From Xylographa opegraphella (taxonomy: Eukaryota): 42,564 bases of DNA. Each line of letters starts with the position of its first letter. The first letter of the stretch is position 1. Below the pieces are notes generated by a model. The model was given only the letters and a program-made list of their open reading frames with translations, was not told where the DNA came from and ran no database searches. The stretch is taken from contig JALDZX010000101.1 in NCBI GenBank assembly GCA_022813865.1, positions 1-42,564 of the forward strand, given 5' to 3'. The position numbers and the translations under genes are program-made. This document shows positions 1 to 12,349 of the stretch, one piece after another.

Positions 1-523
1 GCCTAATCGGCTATAGTAAAGGACCAACAACACAGACTGCTAACGCCCTGATTTTCAACAGATTAAGCTTATAATTACGTATTCGATTGCTAGATATAGA
101 AAATAATAGGGTTTTTATTATTGTATAGTGTTGAATAATAAGAAGGGTGTTGACGTGAAGTACGCGAATTTACGCGATTTTCAGTTAGCTGCCGCAAACT
201 TCTGACGTGATACTGTAGGTGGCTCAGAAGTCGGACTGAATCACTAATCACTCCACTGAGTGCCCCTTGTTTTTGCGGTGCGGTACGCCCGGGGCCATTG
301 GATCTTGAAGCTTGGAGCTGACTGGCAAGATGTAAATATTGCCTGGTTGTGACGATTATTCATCATCATCGTCTCACCGCAGTAGTACAGGCCGTGGAAA
401 TGCGAACCAAAGATATTTAATACATGATGTTGCGCTCTTTCCTTCATCTAAAGTCTCCTTTATCGTCCTGTGCTTTGTACTCCGTGGAATGTCCAAATCT
501 AGCAGTCCCGGTTCCACCTCATC

Positions 524-1211
524 ATGCCTTTGACTCTCTTGCCGGCCACTCTTGCAGATGTCCCGGTCATGACATCGATATATTTGTCTGCGTTTCAAGA
601 CGTCATTGCTCATGACTGCTTTCCTCGCACTTCGCCCCACATCAAGGATTGGTGGACATCCAGCAACATGGATGACATGAAAAATCAAGCTTCAGCACGC
701 TTCTTAAAGGTCGTCGATGGAGATGACATTGTTGCTTATGCCAAGTGGAACGTCCCCGTCCAACAAGGCTCGGAGACGGTGCTTGGGGGAGACAATCCAG
801 AGGATATGCCTGTTTGGCCTCAAGACGCCAATGTCGAGCTCTGTGATGAGTTTTTTGGACATCTGGCTAGGGAGAGGAAGAGAATTATGGGGAACAGGTC
901 GCATTACTGTAGGCTTGTTTGCACCACTTTCTTGCCAGACAGCAGCGCCACATACTGACGAGCCGACAGATCTGGAAATCGTTGCAACTTTGCCACAGCA
1001 CCAGGGCAAAGGCGCAGCTGGGAAGATGATCCGATGGGGGTTGGACCAGGCCGATCGAGACGGCTTGGAAGCTTACGTGGAAGCATCACCTTTAGCTGTA
1101 CCAGTCTACGAGCATTACGGCTGGACGGTTGTGGCAGACTTCACTCTGAAGGACCGGGAACATACCGAAAGCTGCATGATCAGGAGCCCCCAGCAGACAT
1201 CAAAGGCTTAG
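524..1211 (+). CDS. GNAT-family N-acetyltransferase; exons 524-908, 970-1211
   Basis: Intron 909-969 (GTAGGC...TACTGAC...CAG) joins two ORFs in frame (HY-Y-LEIVATLP). Acetyl-CoA motif A 'TLPQHQGKGAAGKMI' and 'YVEASPLAVPVYEHYGW'. Confidence 0.92.
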
Positions 1212-1802
1212 GCATGAATACTTTTCGTCGTATGAAATGTGTCGATCTCTGATCACAAGAAATGATCAGAGTAGCACATCTTAAGTTCCTTACGTTAATG
1301 GAATCGACCTCTGTGATGGCCGACTGTCAATCAGACGATCCTAGTCGAAATGTGTCGATAATATGGACCATTTCATCGACCTGATTACACCACAACTGTA
1401 ATGGACGGGGTTTAGTGGGCGAATCCGAGGAAGCGTTCAAATGATGTAGAGTTTTTCGTGACGGTGTAGAGAACGCATCTCGGACTCGGAACAGTCATGG
1501 TTAGGCTTATTATCGTTTATACGACGACGAAAGAGTGTAGAGAATAGACAGGCTGCTCTTAAGGAGGGGCCCACCTAACGTCTCCGCCAAAGCTGAAGGC
1601 GACCCCCCGGGAACAGCTATTAGCACTTCCAAGCAGGGATCGTTACCCGCTGAGCCCGCCTACTTACACAATATTGTGGTAGCGCGCGGCTGAGTTGAGC
1701 CTCGGCAATGATGGGCCGATGGCACGCAGCCAAACCTCGAAACTGAGGTTAAACTCTACCCTTCAGAATCCTTCGACCTTCCTCTCTCCATCTCTTGGAA
1801 CA

Positions 1803-3147
1803 ATGGCAGTAGGTCAGATGACCTCGGTCATGGCGGATATCATCAAGCAGGCCAGGTCGAACATACCGGAGGCCATTGCCGTGCCGACCAGATGGCCTCA
1901 AATGTACGAGACCTTCATTTCCCAGAACGCGAGTTCGGTCTCTCAGATAGAATCCGCCTTACGGTCTCTGACCTACATCATCCCAGGTGAGGATCTATGC
2001 GCATCGTTATACGGCCAACATTAATTTGATCCCAAGGCCGCTTCCGCGAATCTGAAATCGCGTCTGAGTCCTGTAATGCTTTCCCCTCTGGGTTGTTGTA
2101 TTTCTGGCTGATACGGGATAGTACACTCCGGTGTCCAACTGCTTTCCCTGTATCATGATTCGCTTCTTGCACGGGCCATATCGCGCCTCCCTCCATCGCT
2201 GCCTCGCCCGCTTCCGACCCTTCACAACCGATACACCAAGTTCTGGACCGCCGAGTCATCACTTTACCGGCGCGTAGCGCTTGTGCTGCAGACGATACAG
2301 TACACCGAGCTTCTCTGGGAGATGGCTGCCAAAAGAAAGGGCGAAAAGATTCGATGGCGTGTGGTTGTGATATTGGAGATGGTGAAGGCTCTTTGTCGTC
2401 TTCTCATGATGCGTTTGACAAATTCAAGACCATTGGTCACTTCCCCATTGCCGGATCGAGAGGTAGACCCTCGGACAGTCGAGGGTGGTGATACAGAGAA
2501 GCTGCAATGGGACGGAATGCGAACGCCACCAATTGACAAGGCTGAATCGGATGCATTGAACTGGACCATGCCTCGGACCGGGTTGAGTCTGCCCACTTTA
2601 CCTGATTCGACAGAGATCACGGAATATCTTCTGAAGAAGGTTCTTACGGCAGACGACATCAAAGCACCAAAGCAGTTGCTTCATCGCGTGACCACATTTC
2701 AGGGCCAACTAGCCGAATCCATGTGGATCCTGAGACCTGTAATCTACGCCCTGGCAATGCAAAGGTGGCAGAGCGAGAAGAAGAGCTGGCGGCCGTGGCT
2801 TCTTGGCGCAAGTCTTGAGCTTGCGGCAAGGCAGCTTGCAAAGAAAGATTTGGCGGCACGAGTCGCTGGTGGACTTCGAGGTCTTACCAGGCTGGAAGTT
2901 GAGGAGTTGAAGAAGAGGGGTTGGAGCATGGCGTGGTGGGTCATGCGTGGCGCATTCTACGAGAACATTACCAAGTAGGCTCTACTATACTGACTGTGTG
3001 GCACCGATGACTGATGTTTACAGGAGCTGCATACACTCCGTAACCGGGTCACTCAAGGGGAAGCCCCTGCTTGACATGGTGGGTAGTGTCATTGAGGACT
3101 ACGAATACCTGTGGACGGAATACTACTTCTCAACAGCAACGTTGTAA
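1803..3147 (+). CDS. PEX16: Peroxisomal membrane biogenesis protein Pex16; exons 1803-1986, 2037-2072, 2122-2974, 3024-3147 (start could be a nearby downstream ATG)
   Basis: Fungal Pex16 motifs 'YETFISQNASSVSQIESALRSLTYIIPGRFRESEIASES', 'HSGVQLLSLYHD', 'IQYTELLWEM', 'WWVMRGAFYENITK', C-terminal 'YYFSTATL'. Three GT-AG introns keep the frame. Confidence 0.93.
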
Positions 3148-3567
3148 AGCACGGATGCCCCTTGGTTGATGTTGTCGCCGAGTAAGGACAACCCAAGCCT
3201 CTTCGTTTCTCGGCTTTCGAACCTGTCCTTCACGCAGATCTCTCCTCGCTCGACCGTCTCCCCATGGAGCGCTCTTTTTGTGCGGTTTGGCCATATTGCA
3301 CCGAATCTGGACAACCAATCCGTTGGCTAATGTGACAATCGAGCTCCTGGTGTAACTTAGGAAGTCTCGTCATCCATACTCCTGTGCAGCACTCATCAGG
3401 ATGTGAGGCCTGTCTTCCTCGCATCTTGCGTGTTTGCTTGACCAAATTGCGCCTTAGATCGGCGGGCTAATGGTGCCCGAAGCGTGGCTAGGCAAGGCAG
3501 GCCATGCGTAAGCGTATCTATCCTTTCAAGGGGTTTTTCCAATATACTGCTGCTGCTTGGAACCCTT

Positions 3568-4629
3568 TCACAATGTGGCTTCTGTCACCGGTCTGCCGAA
3601 CCAACTCGAAAGCTCATTCGAATCGCCTTCGTCGTCGTCGGGGGTCGCCATGAAGAAGTCTGTGACGCGCATCGTCTGCTCTTCATTATCTGGGGTTGGC
3701 CAATCAACTTTGAATTCGCTCGCTTTAGTTTCTAGCAGATCTTTGGCAGTGCCCCAGCTGAAGCGGCACTCGCTGCCCCATCCGAAGAAAGAGTCCATAT
3801 TGTGTTTCAGCCATGTCGTACATCGAGCGTCTGACGGATAGCCTGATCCCCATCCATCAACTACTGCTTCACGATCCTCCTTGAGCCCGTATGATCGATA
3901 GCAGACCTCAAGCGCCGCATCTCGGGTTACCTTAGCGCACACCGACGCGGCTGAAACGCAAGGGTACAGCGAGTCAGCCTTCTTCGCAACAGTAATCATC
4001 GATGTTGGGAATATCCGTTCCAGCCTTTTCTGGTAGATGGCCGGGCTACCGATCGTGTCGATATATATCTCCTTCACATGGACTCCTTTGGCAAACACGT
4101 CCTTGATCAGCTCGATGGTGGCGTCCATGGCTTGCGCGTTCAGATTGTACGTTCCCGCCGGCTTCAACATTCCAGCAGAGATATCGCGAGCAGACATGAC
4201 TCTCGTCGCCCATCCACAGTTACGATAGAGCTCCGTACCAGGGGTACATAGTGCCTGCATGAGTGACGATCTTACAGCGGGGGTGAGGACCTTGGAATCA
4301 TCGAAGTGGTAGGCATCGGCGAGCAGCGAACGGTGGGACGCGAGGGGAAGGTACAGCAATCCATAAACCATGGGACCTAGAATAATCAGCCATTTCTACT
4401 CAAGTCTACGTGATAGTGTTGTATGTCAACCAAGCACTGGCCCCCTTCCGGCCTCGTCGACTCCCAGTACACACTCGACCAATGCATCTTCTGTAATTGT
4501 CTTGGGCATCGGGGAGTGGTGAGTGTACGAGGTGCCAAGAAGAGTGTCTTCGTGAATTGAGGGCGCTATAAAGACATCCCTTGTTGGCGTTTCCAGTTCG
4601 GTGTCTGCTGCATGCGTTCCCTCCATCAT
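3568..4629 (-). CDS. RNH201: Ribonuclease H2 catalytic subunit A; exons 4629-4431, 4376-3568
   Basis: 'LGVDEAGRGPVLG|PMVYG', 'DDSKVL', 'IYIDTIG', 'KKADSLYPCVSAASVCAKVTRD', 'GSGYPSD' are RNase HII/H2A motifs. Intron 4430-4377 restores frame. Confidence 0.96.
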
Positions 4630-4720
4630 GGGGACAGCAGTGTCTCGATCCTAGTGCATGTACAGTCGTCAACATATGATGTCCAAGTCCAAGTACTTCG
4701 TACGAAGTCATACGCAATCC

Positions 4721-4743
4721 ACGCGTGGAGAGGGAAAACGCGT
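4721..4743. promoter_or_regulatory. Two MCB-like elements (ACGCGT) in the divergent RNH201/MIF2 promoter
   Basis: ACGCGT at 4721-4726 and 4738-4743 in the 334-bp head-to-head gap. The motif is seen; its function is inferred from yeast MBF biology. Confidence 0.5.
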
Positions 4744-4963
4744 TTGGCCAAGGCCACTAGCTCGTTAGCGCGCTTTTCTACTTTGGGCTTCGTCGGACCA
4801 CAACAGACTACTCTGTTACTTATCGTGCCCCTTCCATCTTGATCAGCCGCTCGGTGCTTTCGACGCCATCTGTCTTGCATTCTCCAGGGCTGCCGTCCAG
4901 CGAAACGGGCCTTACTGGACTTGCCACGCGCAGTATTGCGCAAGAGTGATTTGCGTCACCGTC

Positions 4964-7366
4964 ATGGCGCCCTCTTCGAGAACCCCGAGAGCAAACAAGC
5001 GCGAAGCGGATTACTCCAACATCGGCGTTGCGGGAAGGTAATAGGACATTGTAAGGGCGTAGTAAAGGTCATGCTTGTTAACGTTCTCCAGGAAAACTGG
5101 TATCACTTTGAAGGACACGGGTATCCGAGACGAACACGGCCTCGAACCGATCGATGGCATCTTCTCTTCACCGGAGAAGTCGCCTGTCAAGCACAATGGG
5201 CCTGGACATGAGTCTACCATTGTGGAAGAAGAGGACATGGACATTGGGGAAAGTGAGTCCGCGAAGGATTTCCAGAAGTACTATTTACGGCCAAACGTTT
5301 TGACTTATTCTAGGCACCGTCCCAGAACCTACGGAAGTACTTATAAATCGGAAGCACAACGGGAAGCCTTTGCTTCCTCCTCCTCATGCGCGATCGCCGA
5401 TGAAAACCTCCTTAGGTTCTTCCCCTCGAAGATCGATGGGACCATTGTCGTCACCTTTGCGCAATGGTGAAACTCCTAGTCGAGCTATGTCGCATCCTCC
5501 GGTCAATCGCAAACTCGATTTCCCGACGGAGGAGCCTCGTCAAAGTATCGAACGCTCGCCCCAAAGAGCGCGCTCGGTTCTGTTAAGCTCGAAATTGGAA
5601 GTCAAGAAGGGCAAACTGAGGTCTTCGGGCAGGAATCGCAAACGGCCTTTTGACCTTAGCTTGACTGACGAGGATGAGCCGGATGAAACGGATACGACCA
5701 ACATTGACGAATCGGGTATCGGGAATAGTGTGCCCATGCATGGTGAAACCGGCTATATGGAAGTCGACACCGAAGTCCTCTTGAACGACGAAGGGCCATC
5801 TCAGATTAATGGCAATGACAACCTCGAGGCTTTGGAAAATACAGAGCAGGACGCCAGCAATGTGGTTGAGGAAGTAGAAGCGCCGCTGAAACCAAAGCGA
5901 GGTCGACCGGGACGCCCAAAGAAAGTTGCCCAAGAAAATCTTGCCTCATCTACTGTTGAGATCCTGGAAGTAAGAGTTTACGAAGATACTGCCCCCATCA
6001 AGAAGCGGAAAGGGCGTCCATCGAAGAAAGAGGTTGTCGATACTGAAGTGTCTCAAATATCGCAGTTGGAAGTTGACGCTGTCAAGCCAGCCAATCCGCG
6101 AGGACGTCCGAAAGCCAAGCCGGTGGTATTTCAAGATGAGGAGCAAGAGGCTGAGGCTGAGGCAGAGGCAGGACCGGAGAAGCCTTCTAAAAGAGCTCGA
6201 CACGATGCTGCAGAAACGACACCCACGAAGGCGGGCCGTAAATCGAAGAAGCCGGCTCCGTCCGAGCGCGACCCAAATTTACCTGTCGCAACTGCACAAA
6301 TTAAAGCCAAGGCGCCATCTGTAGAGCCTGTGTCATCTTCGGCGCCTTTCGGCAAGCCGAAGACTCGTAGTCTATACGTGCTACGCCATGAAACTCCTGC
6401 AGAAGATGACGGTTCCAGACTCTTGAGATCCGGACGTACGTCGGTAAAGCCGATTGCACACTGGCGCGGCGAGCGGATTGTCTATGGAGAGCCCCATCTT
6501 GACGGCAAGAACATAGTGCCACCAGCCATAAAGGAAGTCATACGTACAGAAGAGGTAATAACCCAGCGACCTAAGAGAAACTACAGGAGAAGAAACCTAG
6601 CAATGAGACCACGCCCTATGAATGCGGTAGAAGAGGAGGACGAAGATGAAGAGCCATGGGAGCAGGAGCCGGGCATTTTGCGAGCGGAAGTGATGCAGTG
6701 GGATCCACTGACCCAACGGGGCGTGGAAGATTTTATTGAGGACGTCGGTCAGTATTTTCCGTTGTGGATATATCTCCGTTGGTCTGACTTCCCAACCACA
6801 GACCTTGCCCTCGCGCCTGTCGCTCTAGAAGCATTAACCCGAGAGGTCAAAGGCGCCGAATTTACATATGCGAAAACGCTCACGTTGCCGTTCTTCCATT
6901 CCGGCATGGTTGACCTTCCGCCTGGTGGTGTGAAGCGGATGAAGAACTCTCGGAAAAATCACATGGTATTCTGGGTCTTCCATGGTCGAGTCCGAGTGGA
7001 AGTGGCCGGTACGGTGTTCAGTATTGGCCGAGGGGGGATGTGGCAAGTCCCTAGAGGTGAGTTGTCTACAATTTCATACAATTTGTGGGCCACTTCTTGC
7101 GGATCCAAAATCATGCATTCTAGGATTGTAGGGAGAAAGATCTTTCAGGCTTGGCTTTCCCAATGTCTGACTACCACGATCATCAGTCCAGTCTACCATT
7201 GCATCTGCGCTGCTATTCATGCCAGACACTAAACTAGCATCTTTATCTAGGTAATTTTTACAGCATCGCCAACCAATACCAAAAGCCAGCACGCGTCTTT
7301 TTTGCTCAAGGCTGCTACATGGAAGCCGAGCCTACCGAGTCTGGTGAAGAAGCTGGAGGAAGTTGA
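4964..7366 (+). CDS. MIF2: Inner kinetochore protein Mif2/CENP-C; exons 4964-5037, 5092-5252, 5314-6747, 6802-7056, 7251-7366
   Basis: Mif2_N-like 'NIGVAGRKTGITLKDTGIRDEHGLEPIDGIFSSP', AT-hook-like RGRP motifs, CENP-C motif 'RSGRTSVKPIAHWRGE', C-terminal cupin 'FFHSGMVDLPPGGVKRMKNS...WQVPRG|NFYSIAN...ARVFFAQG'. All four introns are GT-AG. Confidence 0.94.
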
Positions 7367-8847
7367 GCACGAGAGCTTACGGTGGCGCGAGACAATTTTC
7401 GATATCCTACATTATTGCCGTTGGGAGCTTTGGCGTCGAGCTCTCTAGCACAGCAGCCTGGTTAGAAATAGCTGAGCAACATAGTTACGAGGAATGTTAA
7501 TATGGCAAAGCATCGGTCACGGCGCGGTGGTGAACGCTTCCCTGACGATTCGAGACCGCTTGTCGTTGAGTTGTTCAAACCTCCTGCTGTTTCCCCCCCC
7601 CCAGGATAGATTTGCATCCGGTGTTCACAGCACCTCTCTCCAACTCGCTACACCTCGCCACTCCAACCGCTTCCGCGCCAGCAGCAGCAGCGGAGTCTGG
7701 CCCCCCCGTCCCCATACCGACGGTTGGCAAGACCGCGCGTGCCACGACGCGTGAGCCCCAAGCACTAACGTGAATCCTTCTCGTAGATCCTACCTACCTA
7801 CCCACTTACATCCTTGCGTCCCCGGTTTTGCTGGGCCCCAAACGTCACCCATGCATTTTGTGCTGTGCTGTGCCACCGGGTACCTGGGACCACCATGCGC
7901 CGCCGCCCAACGGGCACCCCGTCCCAAAACCCTTGCTGCTGGGACCGATGGGCACCACTCCTCTAACCTCCCCCCCCCCCCAAACAATCCAGGCACCCCC
8001 CCCCCCCCGATCTGCAACGTCTTTCAACGTGGCCCGGCCCGTTCGAGTACTTTCGTGCGAGGGGTGGCCTCCAGAACCGGGGCCCGCGGACGGACGATCG
8101 TGGTGCCTTAACCTGAAGACACCCACGTCCAAAAAAAATAAGCCAGGTCCGCCGACACGGCACGACCGGGCTGGAGGAAAACGACGGGCTTCCGACCACG
8201 AGGGAGCTGCGATCGTGATGGGTGTGTGCGTGCATCATGGGCTGAGTAGCACACCATCTCCAAGGACGCGTCGTTGTTCACGTGTCAACAGCCCCGAGCG
8301 TTGGGTGGGTGGGCGAAGGGGGAAGGCAATTTCGATCTCACGTCACATTCCCCGTCAGTGGTGACATCAAATCCGCGAAGAATGAATAATTCGTATGTAC
8401 TTCTATTACTCATCTACAAAGCTGCTCCTCCATCCCGGCCACGCCGCAACGACAACAGGCCAAACTGATGCTATGCCGAAGTGAAAGGGATCGATCGTCG
8501 GTCCCGCACTATGCTTCAAACCAGGGACGCTCTCGAATATTACCGTTCATGGTGCTTGCCATTCCAGGTCCATCTGGGAGGCTGTGTATATAGTAGTAAT
8601 GCGTGATGAAAACTGGCGTCGAATGGAATGTTTCAAGCCCAGCCGCTCATGTCATGTGTGATTGGTGCTGGGTTTCGAAGTTATTTAATCTATATCGTGA
8701 TTGCCTCTAATGCCCCGTCATGAGTGTAGCTTGCTTCAAGTCCTTTTTGGTTTACCTGAAAGAGAGGTTGAAGAGGCGGGCGTGATATTCACTTGCGGTT
8801 GCTCTTCATGCCGGCTTGGTCTTTCCTCCTGCTCTAGTAATCCCATA

Positions 8848-10230
8848 CTATGGCCTGCCCCTTCCTCTGGGGTCTGGGTCAAACGTGACTCGGCCCGGTG
8901 GCACTCTGTGCCTAGCAGTAGACTCCACAGACGTGCCGCTATCAAGGGCAGTGATCCCTTTCTCCATTTCTGCCAAACTTGGCAAAACAGTTCCCTGCAA
9001 AAAGTTATTTCCCGCTCTACCGCCACCGCTGCCTCCCGCTCCAACGGGCGACACGGTGCCATGTCTCCGGGCGGTTCTCCCTAAATTCTCCTCACCATCA
9101 AAGCTGGACCTACCGGGTACTCCTTCTCCGGAATACGCTGGTCCACTCCGTAGATCTTCGCTGGAATAGGGTGTACCAGTGACGCTGGTGGGCAGCATGA
9201 CAACGGGCGATTGACTGGAGGAGGCAGTTCCGGAGCCCAGATACCCTGGTCCACTCCGTGGATCTTCGGTGTGGTATAATGTGCCACTGGACCCAACAGG
9301 TAGCATCGCTGGGGATGGTTGACTTGATGAGCCGGCCGTTGACGCCTTAGAGAATGGAACCACGCCAGCACGGCGTGCCATTTCAACCTCGCCCATTTCC
9401 CAGTGTAAGAGTTCTGCTGCCCGCCAAGGGACACCGAGTTCGATGGCGAGCGGAGTCCACATTTCCGGTTTTAACCTTCGCGAACGTCAACAAGATAAAC
9501 TCGGTAGAGTATGCAACGGCAAATTTGAGTGTGGTGACTTTACAAAATACAGTATACGCTCACGATAATTTCAATATAGATTTTAAGTGAGGACAGCTTT
9601 AAATAGAGCGAACTGAGGGTAGGCGACATACCGATCATACAACCTCGCCATGCGATTTTTCTTTTCATCCGTCCAAACGCACCTTCGCTCCAAGTAGTTT
9701 TGATAGTGCAATCGACAGCTGATAGAACTTCTTCCTGGCAATTTTTGGGAGATCTCTTCCCACTTCGTACCTGGTGCACGAAGCTTGATGATCAGATCAT
9801 CCTCTTCAGGCGTCCATTTGGATTGCCTCTTCGCCGGTAAGGATGAAGGATGTGGGACCGAAGGGGAGGGCCGTTTCGCTGATGGGTGGTGAGGCGCCAG
9901 TGTTTGTGGGGTACTTCGCGGCGAGAGACGGGAACTCGGGTACGCAGAGGACGTATTCAGTGCAGCAAGGGTCTGGCGTTGAGTCTGCGAGGAGGGTTCG
10001 GTGGGCGAAGAAGAGGCAGGATGAGCTGCAGAACTTGAATTGCCTGACGAGATGGAATTACGCTGCGAGGACGACGACGGCGGTCGGTATGACACTGCTG
10101 TGGGAACCGATGTCGAGCGCAAAAGGGGAGGCGCTGTTGGTGGAGGAGAGACCGGAGGAGTGGGACTGGACTTGAGAAGACGAGAAATGTCCAGTTTGGC
10201 GGTGGTGAGTACTAATGGAGCGTGGAGCAT
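8848..10230 (-). CDS. Myb/SANT-like DNA-binding protein; exons 10230 (or CTG 10194)-9632, 9475-8848
   Basis: 'KRQSKWTPEEDDLIIKLR...KWEEISQKLPGRSSISCRLHYQNYLE' plus a second repeat 'WTDEKKNRMARLYDR|LKPEMWTPLAIELGVPWRAAELLHW...MARRAGVVPF'. Intron 9631-9476 (GTATGT...AAG). Confidence 0.88.
9115..9330 (-). repeat. Diverged tandem duplication, 2 x 108 bp (36 aa), in the Myb-like gene tail
   Basis: GGTCCACTCCGT-GATCTTCG recurs at 9140 and 9248. Peptides SSSQPSPAMLP...TEDPRSGPGY / SSSQSPVVMLP...SEDLRSGPAY. Confidence 0.85.
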
Positions 10231-12327
10231 GTGTGCAACGTCCGTGATTCCAATCTGCAAATTCTGCCGGCGATGCTGAGGAAGAGTAGAAGTTGAGGTT
10301 CCGGTGGTGAGGCTGATGGCGAGCCGATGTGAGCTGGAGCGAGCCGATTGGGAGAAGGTGCTATCGAATACGGAGCGTGAGGCGGCCTGGACTCATGCTT
10401 GGGATAGATGAGATGACGTTGGGGTTCAGATTGTATGGCCGACAAGCACTGGGGCTGCACAGAGCTATAAGCTTTCAGGCTCTGGGCAACCAAAGAAATG
10501 CCAGAACTCCCTGTGCGCCAGCCCCAACCATGACGGGTGGTGGCGAAGCCACAGCCCAATCGCCAAACCAGCCATGAAGCTGTTTTTATATAGAAAGATG
10601 TAGTTTGATATCCCAGGCAAGGCCAGCGAAGAAGGGCTAAGCCATGGTTCTCGATCTTCACTTGCAAGGCACTACCAGGGAGAAGCTACAGATCTGTATA
10701 GGCAACGTACGATTTTGTGCCGTACATGGGTTGAGACAGCAGAAGCAAGCATGGACCCTGTTGGAGCTTGCGCGAAAAGTCACGCGCATGAGATGGAAGG
10801 GAGTACGTAGTGATGAAGTTCGCATGAAGGCCAGGAGCGGTTTGAAAGATAGTGCAGTTCGAGGTGCATTTGATAGTGAACAGATGGTACAGGCCACGGG
10901 CCAACACGCCAGGGGAGAGAATGTGAGACGACGCGACAACCAGGGAGAAAACATGTTGCCACTCTGAAGGATTGAGCGGGGCGCGTACCACGAGGAGCGA
11001 AGCAACCCAATGGCAACGGGGCTGTTTAGAGAAAAAATCGTCACGTTGCAGCCTCGACGAGTGAAAAGTGAAAAGCAGGACACATTTCGTGGGAAGTCGG
11101 CTCGCTCAGGGCCTGTCCTCTTGTGAGCATTGTCCGGGGTATGTACTTACGAGCCTAGCCCCATGCACAGTCATTGGCGGTCTTGCTCCAGGGGCGGCGT
11201 TTAGGGGAGGCTTCCAAGGGCTTTCGAGGGCGAACCACGATCTGAGCGCTATTATCCCAGCCAGCACGTAGGTAGCCCGGAGCTTAAACATCCTACACAC
11301 TCTCCTCGGTCTCTGCCGGGGACTGGAGCTATCGCACGCTGAAAAGCCCAACATGGCGGCTCTAGTCCGGTAGATCCTAGCGATTGATGAAGTGTCATCG
11401 CATCATCAGGCTCGACTGCTCCACTGGCGGTGAGCTCACCGAGACTCTGAGGTAGAGCCCAACGCAGAGCAGGACTCGCGCAGCGTGGACGAGTGCATAC
11501 GGAACGTAATAATTCAGGATGAGAACACTGTCGAGCGTTGCACATATGATAAGTGATATTTTGATGAGGCTTAAATTGGGGCCCGGTCATCGCGCTGCAT
11601 CCGGCGAATGTGTCCGCAAGACCAGACGAATCCCATCACCCGTCACCCATCGGCCATGTGGACAATCCGTTTGTGTCGGGTTGCGGCTGATGCGTCAAGG
11701 CTGGCTGAGGCACTGCTGCACGCGGCCACGCCCGGTGCCCTACGGTACTGGCGGTGAGAAGGGAACGCTTCCGGACAGTCTAGGATCCGCTGTCTTTGTT
11801 GTTCACCTTGTCCTGCGGGTATTCGAGTATATGAATAGAGCCCGCCATGATTGGCATTGTTATACGGGATAAGCAGTCAGAGGCCCGTGCCGTCCCCCTT
11901 GCGTCTGACTAAGGCAGCATAGATCCCGGCTCTCAGATCTGTCGAGAGCTGCAGGTGGCCGGAACCAGCTTGTGTCTGGCAGATAGGAGCGATTGGACGG
12001 CGAAAGGGCTGTCACAACGGCCATGAAACAAGCGACAGGGACCAATGCCAAATGCGTTGTGCCATGTCGTTGCCAAGCGTCGAAGTCTTTCGGATATATC
12101 AACAGAGGAAGGGAAAGTCTTTCCCCAACGTGGTCGGGGGGGGGGCGTTGTCGCTACAAAGAGCGGTCAATGCTCCGCATGGACACCCGCCTTTTTGATG
12201 CAAACCCGTTAAGGTAGATTCGGGCGAGCTACAGCCTGGACGCCGGGCACTAAGCGTCAGCTCGCCCAAGCCTTGGACATCCGGATAGAGACCGGCAAAT
12301 CCGTAAGGGAAAGGGCGAAGGCTGTAG

Positions 12328-12349
12328 ACAGATACAGATACAGATACAG
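12328..12349. repeat. (ACAGAT)n microsatellite, ~3.7 units
   Basis: Read directly: acagat acagat acagat acag. Confidence 0.8.
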
